From IMG/VR virus record IMGVR_UViG_3300036975_000019, positions 1 through 59,039 of that record: DNA of 59,039 nt; one strand, written 5' to 3'. The number at the start of each line of letters is the position of its first letter. Within the stretch, counting starts at the first letter, position 1. Made by a program: the position numbers and the translations under genes. The notes beneath the pieces were generated by a model that was not told the origin of the DNA, ran no database searches, and saw nothing but the letters and a program-made list of their open reading frames with translations. This DNA is from a virus. Its lineage: Duplodnaviria > Caudoviricetes. Below, piece by piece: positions 51,855 to 59,039 of this stretch.

Positions 51855-52796
51855 ATGACAGACGAAAAGGCATTGACGACAACCGGCAAGACGGTCACAG
51901 TTTACGGTGAGTCAGGAGACGTGGCTGCATTGCAACAGCGGATCATGACAATGTTGCCGCAGGTAGCAAAGATCGGACCACAGGCAGCATACGGATTGGC
52001 GCAGGTCTCGCTAGCGATGGGCCTAAATCCATTTATTGGCGAGATTTGGGCAATCCCAAGCAAAAGCGGCGGCTATGCCATCAGTGGCGGTATCAAGGGC
52101 ATGCGCCGCAGCGCCCACAAAAAGGCAGAAGAGGACGGCGGCATGTACACCACCGAATTTCGTAGACCGACAGATGACGAAATCGAAGGCTTGACCGTCA
52201 ACCAGGGCGACATTGTGCGGGCTTGTGACGTGTATGTTTCCGGGCGGCGTGCCGAGGCATTCCGAAAACTGACGGGCAAGATCCCAATGTATACAGGAAT
52301 CGGTGTTTATCGCAAAGGCGAAAGTACACGCATGAATCCGCTCCAATGCGTCAGGAAGCGAGCCGAGGCAGACGGATTAAAACAGGCATTCGATCTGCCG
52401 CTTGCATTTAGTGAGAATCACGACGATGTCGATTTTATCGAGCCGGACGTGTACGACGCTGATTATGTTCCTGATGGAAGTGACACAACAGCGCCAATCG
52501 CTGTTGATGAGGTGTTTGGAGAATACGAGCACGATGGCGATCATGATATTCCAGGAGAGAAAGCGCCACGCGATATGGCCGCGCCGGCCTGGGTAACGAA
52601 CCCAAGCGAAACAAAGAGATTTTATATCTGGCTGAATAATCAGCAGCTTCCAAACGGCAAGATCATCACCAAGGGCCAGATGTACGAAGCCATCGGGGTA
52701 CAGTCTAGCCTAAAAGAATATACCGGGACTATCGGCGAGGCAAAACAAGCGGTGCTTGATTTTGTCGCCAATTGGACGCCAGAATCCAAAGACTAG
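51855..52796 (+). CDS. RecT/Bet-like single-strand annealing protein
   Basis: GLNPFIGEIWAIP, GIKGMRR, KRAEADGLKQAF. Confidence 0.75.
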   Translation: MTDEKALTTTGKTVTVYGESGDVAALQQRIMTMLPQVAKIGPQAAYGLAQVSLAMGLNPFIGEIWAIPSKSGGYAISGGIKGMRRSAHKKAEEDGGMYTTEFRRPTDDEIEGLTVNQGDIVRACDVYVSGRRAEAFRKLTGKIPMYTGIGVYRKGESTRMNPLQCVRKRAEADGLKQAFDLPLAFSENHDDVDFIEPDVYDADYVPDGSDTTAPIAVDEVFGEYEHDGDHDIPGEKAPRDMAAPAWVTNPSETKRFYIWLNNQQLPNGKIITKGQMYEAIGVQSSLKEYTGTIGEAKQAVLDFVANWTPESKD

Positions 52797-52850
52797 CCAC
52801 CCACCACACCGGCAGTACCCTCGCGGCGCTGCCCGGTTGAAAGGGGAAAC

Positions 52851-53120
52851 ATGAGGCCATTTAGCTGTGGTACGCAGTTTGGAGACTGGGAAGGTGCAAA
52901 TTGTTGCAGATGCAAAAAAGGCGCACCAGATGGGTCGTGGGCTACTTGCCCTATCCAGGCGGCATTGATTGAGGCGTATTTGGGAGATGGTGAAATCAGC
53001 GACGAAATCGCCGACAGGATGGGGCGCGCAAACGGGCGCTACAATTGGCCCTGTGGCGAAGTCGAATGGACAGAGGAATGGAAATCTGAATGGCTATCAA
53101 GGCAGGCAGAGCCTGAATGA
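52851..53120 (+). CDS. Cys-rich hypothetical protein
   Basis: GAAAGGGG RBS; PFSCGT..CCRC..CPI. Confidence 0.6.
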   Translation: MRPFSCGTQFGDWEGANCCRCKKGAPDGSWATCPIQAALIEAYLGDGEISDEIADRMGRANGRYNWPCGEVEWTEEWKSEWLSRQAEPE

Positions 53121-53299
53121 CACTCTTTTCTCGCGCCGTCGATCTGTACAATCAGCGCAAAACGCCCGAACAGGTACGCAGCCTGTTTCGGGAAATAAAC
53201 GAATTCGTCACCTTGTCGCAACGGTTCGCGCGTGGGAAGGTGTCGTTTTGGCAGTGGCGGCGAGCGTTGGAGAAAGTGAAAAAAGAAATGGAGAAATAG
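53117..53299 (+). CDS. Small hypothetical protein
   Basis: ATGA-coupled. Confidence 0.5.
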   Translation: MTLFSRAVDLYNQRKTPEQVRSLFREINEFVTLSQRFARGKVSFWQWRRALEKVKKEMEK

Positions 53300-53300
53300 G

Positions 53301-53921
53301 ATGAAAGAATACCCGTTTTTGTGCAATGCGCGAACGGTCCGCGCTATTTTGGACGGCAGACAGACGCAGGATCGGAGGCCGATGAAAATCCAGAATTTCA
53401 AGCTGGATGGTGGCGGCCATCCATATATTGACATGGGGTATCCAGATGAGTGGGATGGTGCTGGAGTAAGACGAGACATTCACTATCCGTGGTATCCAGG
53501 CGATCATTTGTGGGTGCAAGAGGGATACAGGATCAAATATCACAGCGGGTCTATCGTCAGCGGGATCTATTTGGAAGACGAAGCACCATTCCGGGTTACA
53601 TTGACACCAGAGGAATATGCCAAATGGTGTAAGCGAAAATATCCCTATCGTGCTTCACCTGGGCGATTTATGTACAAAAGCCTGTCGCGCATAACGCTAG
53701 AGGTCAAGCGCGTGTGGGTTGAACGGGTGCAGGATATAAATGAGGATGACGCGAAAGCTGAGGGCGTGAACCCGATGATTTGGATTAACCACGGAGAACA
53801 TGAACCAGCCTATTGTGTAATGTTTTGGGCACTCTGGGATTCAATCTATGGCAAAACCGAGTACAGATCGGATGCTAATCCCTGGGTATGGTGTCGTGAA
53901 TTTGAAAGGGTCAAGCTTTGA
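53301..53921 (+). CDS. ASCH-like phage protein
   Basis: VRAILDGRQTQDRR, PGDHLWVQE, RITLEV..V.VERVQDI, ANPWVW. Confidence 0.75.
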   Translation: MKEYPFLCNARTVRAILDGRQTQDRRPMKIQNFKLDGGGHPYIDMGYPDEWDGAGVRRDIHYPWYPGDHLWVQEGYRIKYHSGSIVSGIYLEDEAPFRVTLTPEEYAKWCKRKYPYRASPGRFMYKSLSRITLEVKRVWVERVQDINEDDAKAEGVNPMIWINHGEHEPAYCVMFWALWDSIYGKTEYRSDANPWVWCREFERVKL

Positions 53922-54517
53922 AACGTTGCTCAACCTGTCATGCTGAGGTCTGCCATTTTTGCCTGCATTATGCTTTCAATGGGGCAGGTCCAGACGGGCA
54001 GGTATATGTCGGTGATGGGTTTTGCCGGTTGAACGGCGAGGCCAAAGAACCAGATGGTGGGCTGAATTGTGATAATTTTGTATGCCAGAAATGGCTGGAA
54101 GAAAGGATGACGATGATTGACGAGGTGAGGCTTGAGAAAATACGGGCGCGATGTGAGGCGGCGACGCCTGGACCGTGGAAGGCGATATCCGCATACTGGC
54201 TTGAAACTGAGGATGAGGAGCAATTTAGGGTGTATGATATTGAGAACCAAAATGGGGATGTCACAATCGCCCATACTTCTGTGCTGATAGGTAAAAATGA
54301 TGCCGACTTTATCGCTCGCGCCCGTCAAGACGTTCCCGATCTACTCGATGCGATTGACAACCTACAAGCCGAGAATGAGAGACTACGGGAAACGCTAGAA
54401 CGGGCAGAAAAAGCCGTATGTTTTGGCACACCGGCGAATTGCGATTCGCATTGCCAAATTTGTGGTCGGTACGAAGGCCACTCCGACCACTGCCCGTTCA
54501 AGGTGCTGGAATCCTAA
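53918..54517 (+). CDS. Ead/Ea22-like protein with Cys-rich N-terminus
   Basis: RCEAATPGPW...DADFIARARQDVPDLL. Confidence 0.65.
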   Translation: MKRCSTCHAEVCHFCLHYAFNGAGPDGQVYVGDGFCRLNGEAKEPDGGLNCDNFVCQKWLEERMTMIDEVRLEKIRARCEAATPGPWKAISAYWLETEDEEQFRVYDIENQNGDVTIAHTSVLIGKNDADFIARARQDVPDLLDAIDNLQAENERLRETLERAEKAVCFGTPANCDSHCQICGRYEGHSDHCPFKVLES

Positions 54518-54535
54518 TGCTGCTATAATCACGCA

Positions 54536-54560
54536 AGCCGCCAGGTCATCGGCGGCTTTT
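54536..54560 (+). terminator. Intrinsic terminator ending the early region
   Basis: AAGCCGCC/GGCGGCTT stem plus T run. Confidence 0.6.
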
Positions 54561-54562
54561 GC

Positions 54563-54591
54563 TTGACAATTAGCATATCGCGTGGTATACT
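54563..54591 (+). promoter_or_regulatory. Promoter upstream of the holin-like genes (candidate late promoter)
   Basis: TTGACA-17-TATACT. Confidence 0.75.
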
Positions 54592-54639
54592 AATAGCGGG
54601 GGGATGATCTGATTTTTCATTCATTCCAGGGAGCGAATT

Positions 54640-54849
54640 ATGACAAAGCAGCTTTGGATCGCAATTATCACGTTTGTTGTAAACGTGATTTTGTATTTTG
54701 GATCAAAATATTTTGATCCCTCCATTGCAGAGGACATCAAATTCGTCGTTAACGCCGCCAATATTCTGGTCGGCGTTATTTTGTTGCACTTTTACGGTGC
54801 TGATGCGATGCTCGCCCTAAAGGCCGCCATTCAAAAGTCGAGCAAATAA
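54640..54849 (+). CDS. Holin-like two-TM protein
   Basis: 69 aa, two TM segments, basic C-terminus. Confidence 0.55.
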   Translation: MTKQLWIAIITFVVNVILYFGSKYFDPSIAEDIKFVVNAANILVGVILLHFYGADAMLALKAAIQKSSK

Positions 54850-54863
54850 TAAGGCGGCGCACA

Positions 54864-55370
54864 GTGGAAAGCCTCGGAGAACTCGGGCGCGAATATGGAC
54901 CGTGGATCATCATCGTCCTATTGCTCCTTACCAATGAAAAAGCGCAGAACTTTATTCGCGGCATCGTCGGCGCGATAATTCCGGCCTGGGGTGAACGCTG
55001 GAAGGCACGGCAGGAGAGAGAACGCTACGAGCGCGAACGGGGCGAACGTGAGCGCATCGAGTCATTGTTACTGGCCAAAGACACGATGGCTGATTATCGC
55101 CAGGAAATGAAGGACATGAAAGCGGAGCGTGAGCGCGAGCGTGAATCATTCCGCATGGAGCGCATGGCCTGGCGAAACGAACAACTGGCAGAGCGTGCCA
55201 AGACGCTGGATGTCGTCAAAGGTTACGAAAAAGCTATGGCAGTTTATGTTGAGGTGATGCGTGACCAGTCGGAGCTGCTGCGGCAATTGGTCGACAGGGC
55301 CGACACTCACGATAATGCGCTGAATATACTTTCGCAGAAAGTAAACCAATTAAGCGAGAAAATGGCATGA
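54864..55370 (+). CDS. Membrane-anchored coiled-coil protein (holin-associated type)
   Basis: YGPWIIIVLLLL then a long charged coiled coil. Confidence 0.55.
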   Translation: MESLGELGREYGPWIIIVLLLLTNEKAQNFIRGIVGAIIPAWGERWKARQERERYERERGERERIESLLLAKDTMADYRQEMKDMKAERERERESFRMERMAWRNEQLAERAKTLDVVKGYEKAMAVYVEVMRDQSELLRQLVDRADTHDNALNILSQKVNQLSEKMA

Positions 55371-55675
55371 CGAAAAGCCTTGATCCAAAAGTTCAATTTA
55401 TCCGCGATATGCGCGAGCAGATCATTAACGAGGAGCTGCCCGCTATTTCACGCTATTTACTCGATTTGGAGAAAATAGCACAAAATGGAAATGCCCGCAT
55501 CCAGCGGGCGATAAGAAGCATTGAACTTGAGGCGGTTGGTCAAGACGAGATCATCATCGAGGGCATCCGGGCTATATATCGTCTGCGGAATATTATCCAC
55601 CAACTCCTGAATGCAGATTTGATCATGGAGCTAATCCAGGGTATCGAAGATGACGAAGAGCCAAATGATCTTTAG
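55367..55675 (+). CDS. Hypothetical helical protein
   Basis: ATGA-coupled. Confidence 0.55.
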   Translation: MTKSLDPKVQFIRDMREQIINEELPAISRYLLDLEKIAQNGNARIQRAIRSIELEAVGQDEIIIEGIRAIYRLRNIIHQLLNADLIMELIQGIEDDEEPNDL

Positions 55676-55696
55676 CGTGGGGGGCGGGGAGAGGGC

Positions 55697-56743
55697 GTGA
55701 GCCGACAAAAAACGGTTGACACCTACATAATGAAGCGCGGGCACAAATATCTGGTGCGCCTGCCTAAAAAGATTTTGGAGTGCGAATATCTCGCAACATT
55801 TGAAACGCTCGAAGAGGCGCAAGCTGCGCGGGATCGAGAACTCAAACGCGCAGAACTTGCACAGAGTAAACCCAAAGTCGAAGGCTTAACAAACGAATAT
55901 CAAGGGAAAACGGTTGATGATTTGTGGTCAGATGCTTATAGTGCACAAGTAGTTGCAGAAAAGCGGGAAGCACTGAGGCAGGCACAAAGAATTACCATTC
56001 CTGGGCCAAATCAAGCATTTGGCGTCGCGTGGTTGTCCGATTTTCATGTTGGCAGTGACGAGACGGATTATCGGTCACTCAGGCGCGATTTTGAGATTGT
56101 GCGAGACACGCCGCGATTGTATGCAGAATTTCACGGTGACGGAACGGACAACTGGATCAATGCCAAGTTGTCTCATTTGCAACGCGGGCAGGCGTTGCCA
56201 TTCGATGGCGAGGTACGGTTATTTGCCGATTTGATGGCAATGCTGCACGATAAATGGATCGCCATTGTCTGTGGCAATCACGACAATTGGACGCGAAAAC
56301 TTGCCGGGATTGATCAAATACGGCAGGCGCTTGACGGGGCGACGGTCCTGTACGATACAGACGAGGTGTGCTTTGTTCTGGCGCACGGTGAAAATAGCTA
56401 TCGCGTCAAAATGCGCCACAAGTGGAAATATTCGAGTATTTTCAACCGTACACATTCGATAGAGGTCGGCTGGGTGCGCGGTGGGTATGATTTTGACATT
56501 GGCGTGGGTGGTCATACGCATATCGGGACGTATGACAGATCGTTTCATCGGCACGGCAAAAGACGGCACGCCATTTTAACAGGGACATACAAGGTAATCG
56601 GTGGAGCCTTCGGGCGGCAAATTGGGGTCGCAAAGTCGCAGAATCGCGGATGCGGCGCAAGCATCTTTTATCCAGATGGCCGATACGCCTTTTTTGACGA
56701 TTTGGACACGGCGGCAGAATTTTTGAAATATCTAAATAGGTGA
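55697..56743 (+). CDS. Calcineurin-like metallophosphoesterase with AP2-like N-terminus
   Basis: SDFHVG, HGDGTDN, GNHD, GHTH; YLATFETLEEAQAARD. Confidence 0.85.
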   Translation: MSRQKTVDTYIMKRGHKYLVRLPKKILECEYLATFETLEEAQAARDRELKRAELAQSKPKVEGLTNEYQGKTVDDLWSDAYSAQVVAEKREALRQAQRITIPGPNQAFGVAWLSDFHVGSDETDYRSLRRDFEIVRDTPRLYAEFHGDGTDNWINAKLSHLQRGQALPFDGEVRLFADLMAMLHDKWIAIVCGNHDNWTRKLAGIDQIRQALDGATVLYDTDEVCFVLAHGENSYRVKMRHKWKYSSIFNRTHSIEVGWVRGGYDFDIGVGGHTHIGTYDRSFHRHGKRRHAILTGTYKVIGGAFGRQIGVAKSQNRGCGASIFYPDGRYAFFDDLDTAAEFLKYLNR

Positions 56744-56825
56744 TCCATCCTTTTCCTCCTTTCAATGGGTGGGGTGCGAGCTTTCTACCGCCCCCACCCA
56801 GAAAGGGAACGAAACGAGGTGCAAA

Positions 56826-56930
56826 ATGAGAAAATTGAAATTTCGTTGGATTAAACCAGTTGCCAGCGGCAAATTCAAATTGATCAAGCCGCGATCCGTC
56901 TCGGGCAAGTTGGTGCTGGTTCGACGGTAA
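56826..56930 (+). CDS. 34-aa highly cationic peptide (not in ORF track)
   Basis: GAGGT RBS; MRKLKFRWIKPVASGKFKLIKPRSVSGKLVLVRR. Confidence 0.5.
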   Translation: MRKLKFRWIKPVASGKFKLIKPRSVSGKLVLVRR

Positions 56931-57022
56931 AATAACCCGCCGTCAGTACAGAGCCGACTTGGGCCGATCAAGGCTGGGCGGTTACGAGTATTGACGGCGG
57001 GAATTCGGGATAAAGGGGACAC

Positions 57023-58348
57023 ATGGCGTTAATCGACTATAGCGAACTAAAGGCGAAATTGGACGAACTGACGGCAGACGTTGCAAGTCTATCATCTGAC
57101 TTGATGGATGTGGCAGCACGGGTGGTCAATATTGAAAGCACGCTGGTCAGTTTCGAGGCGCGGCTAGTTGAGTTGGAGGAAGGCGCCCCAATGCCGCCGC
57201 CAATGGGGACGTATTACGTCGCGCCAAATGGCGACGATGACGGCGACGGCAGCCCGGATGATCCGTGGCTGACGTGGAACTGGGCCAGGCAGGTGCTTGA
57301 GCCAGGCGACGTGCTGGTGCTACTGCCGGGTGATCATGGCGATTTTCTCGATAACACCGGCAGCGAACATAAAATGGTTTTCGCCGGCACACCCGAAAAT
57401 CCGATCACCATCTGGGGCGATGGAGCAACCATTCCCTATGTCACGCTTGAGGGTGAATACGGCATCCTCGACGGGATCAGCGGATCGTATCTGTTCAATC
57501 GCTGCAATCACCTAAGCCTGGAAAACTGCACGTTTCACACCGATTCGAGTCGCTTTAACGTCATCACCCTCTTTCACGACCACCATCACATCATCATTGA
57601 CAACTGCGATATTTCAGGGTCAGAACGATCATGCATTGACACCCTGGGCGTCTCGGATGTGATCATCCGCAACTGCCACATCCACGACTGCAACCGGGCC
57701 ATTCAGATCAAAAAGGGAGCGCTCAACATCCAGGTGATCGGCTGTGACATTCACGATTTCACCGAGGGCGCCATCATGGGATTAGGCACGACCTGCACCG
57801 GGGACTGTCAGGTGACGGGTGCATCGTGGGTGCGCGATCCAGAGATGCCGATTTCGGATAGATACCAGGCGAAAAATGTTACCATTAGCGGTAATACTAT
57901 CCACGATGGCTACTCGTGGGTAACTGTTCGCCTCGGCGGATGGCGCGATTATACAATCATCAATAATGTATTCGAGGATCTGGACAGGGCTGACAAATTG
58001 GCTTATGTCATCCGCATTGACTCCCAACATTGGGAGTTCAAGGACGCGATGGCGCTGGCCCACGAGCCGCACCGAGATTGTGACGCGCCTTGTTCGTCCA
58101 GTGAGTGCAACCGGATCATTCTGCCCTCTGGTCCGGGCGGCGTCATCCAGAATAACATATTTCGCAATTTCGGCGGCGAGACGCTGCTTCGCGTGCTATC
58201 GCCATGCTATATTCCAAATATGGATTATAACGAGGTTGAGGACGGTGCCTATTCAGCACATGGCCCGTCGGATGCATACATGTTGCACGGAGTGGATTAC
58301 GCACCGGGCGAGGTGCCCGGAATAGAGGGGCATACAACGTATGGATAA
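57023..58348 (+). CDS. Right-handed beta-helix (pectate-lyase-like) protein with N-terminal coiled coil
   Basis: YYVAPNGDDDGDGSPDDPWLT, LEPGD, repeated I.NC.IHD. Confidence 0.8.
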   Translation: MALIDYSELKAKLDELTADVASLSSDLMDVAARVVNIESTLVSFEARLVELEEGAPMPPPMGTYYVAPNGDDDGDGSPDDPWLTWNWARQVLEPGDVLVLLPGDHGDFLDNTGSEHKMVFAGTPENPITIWGDGATIPYVTLEGEYGILDGISGSYLFNRCNHLSLENCTFHTDSSRFNVITLFHDHHHIIIDNCDISGSERSCIDTLGVSDVIIRNCHIHDCNRAIQIKKGALNIQVIGCDIHDFTEGAIMGLGTTCTGDCQVTGASWVRDPEMPISDRYQAKNVTISGNTIHDGYSWVTVRLGGWRDYTIINNVFEDLDRADKLAYVIRIDSQHWEFKDAMALAHEPHRDCDAPCSSSECNRIILPSGPGGVIQNNIFRNFGGETLLRVLSPCYIPNMDYNEVEDGAYSAHGPSDAYMLHGVDYAPGEVPGIEGHTTYG

Positions 58349-58448
58349 CGAGAATACGTATCAGATAGACATCGGTGATCTAATCGCCGTGGTTGGCATT
58401 ATCGGGCTGGTTTTTTGCCTCGTGATTCGGGCAATGTTTGGGGGATAA
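58341..58448 (+). CDS. 35-aa single-TM peptide (not in ORF track)
   Basis: GAGGGG RBS; LIAVVGIIGLVFCLVI. Confidence 0.45.
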   Translation: MDNENTYQIDIGDLIAVVGIIGLVFCLVIRAMFGG

Positions 58449-58449
58449 T

Positions 58450-59039
58450 GTGGAAACGATTTTATTTGACGGGTTTGAACTCGGGTTTCATGACCAGGAT
58501 GGCATTTCAGAGCTGACCATTCCGAATGGTTGGCATATTGACTGGATTGAGGGCGATGGTTATTCCCGCCCTGAGGCCGATGAAAAGAGAAAACCTCAAC
58601 CCGAGGTTTTCAGCGGTCACAGTGCTGCGTCCATTCAAACCACCAATGGGCATAAACATAAAGCCGTATTGTGGCGGCGTTTCGCCGCAGAACCGGGCAA
58701 GATGTACCGAGCATCGGTTCAGGCAATGGGCCTCACGCACACCGAAGGCGACAGCGGCGCGGGTATGCGCGTTGGATTCGATCTAGAGGGAAAATATCGC
58801 TTGACAGATGAAACATTCACGAAATGGGGCCAATGGTACGACCAGTACCATAAAGATGAAACTGACCCCATTCCCTGGCGAGACGGAAAATGGGTTGAGT
58901 TGTCTTGTGTCGCCGAGGCCAAAAGCGATTGGATCACGGTGTTTCTGTGGACTTCGTGCGACTGGCCTAAGGGCGCGATGGCCCATTTTGACGACTTTTT
59001 ATTGCAGGTCGAAGATGACGAATCGCCGCCAGAAAATGG
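58450..59039 (+). CDS. Carbohydrate-binding-like domain protein continuing across the junction to 251 (237 aa)
   Basis: Open frame from GTG 58450: GFE...IPNGW...RPE...MRVGFD...WVELS..A.A...ITVFL...WP...HFDD, resembling surface-protein domains of Anaerolineae. Confidence 0.7.
   Translation, partial: METILFDGFELGFHDQDGISELTIPNGWHIDWIEGDGYSRPEADEKRKPQPEVFSGHSAASIQTTNGHKHKAVLWRRFAAEPGKMYRASVQAMGLTHTEGDSGAGMRVGFDLEGKYRLTDETFTKWGQWYDQYHKDETDPIPWRDGKWVELSCVAEAKSDWITVFLWTSCDWPKGAMAHFDDFLLQVEDDESPPEN
58913..59039. repeat. Terminal direct repeat (copy 2)
   Basis: Identical to 1-127. Confidence 0.95.

Noticed and set aside
1-59039. Alternative genetic code
   Set aside because: Core genes are intact under code 11 and end in TAA, TAG and TGA

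Overview
The window is an apparently complete, circularly permuted genome of a tailed (siphovirus-like) phage of about 58.9 kb. Bases 1-127 repeat exactly at 58913-59039, and one ORF (58450 through the junction to 251) reads across the join. The host is probably an anaerobic Chloroflexota (Anaerolineae-like) bacterium; this is an inference from the junction protein and an NrdD-type glycyl-radical domain. Gene order: glycosyltransferase/sulfotransferase-like cluster (0.2-4.2 kb); terminase, portal, MuF-peptidase, protease-scaffold-capsid fusion and decoration proteins (4.6-20 kb); a methyltransferase plus GT pair, tail tube, chaperone, tape measure, Dit, hub with a long Ser/Pro stalk, and His-rich fibre (20-32 kb); early genes with consensus sigma70 promoters, a reverse-strand FtsK/TraB plus membrane-protein operon, four DNA methyltransferases, RNA ligase, replication and recombination genes (32-54 kb); and a holin-like/glycan-active region (54.6-59 kb). 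No integrase, partition system, CRISPR array or canonical endolysin was recognised. The best candidates for new biology are: (1) a Streptomyces-like TraB/Spd DNA-spreading module in a phage; (2) a virion glycosylation system with a mucin-like tail stalk; (3) a probable +1 frameshift fusing portal to MuF-peptidase; (4) several structured RNAs, including a tRNA minihelix and C4-like leaders; (5) a GNAT plus TGT-like gene pair. All family assignments come from motif recognition by eye; no database searches were run.
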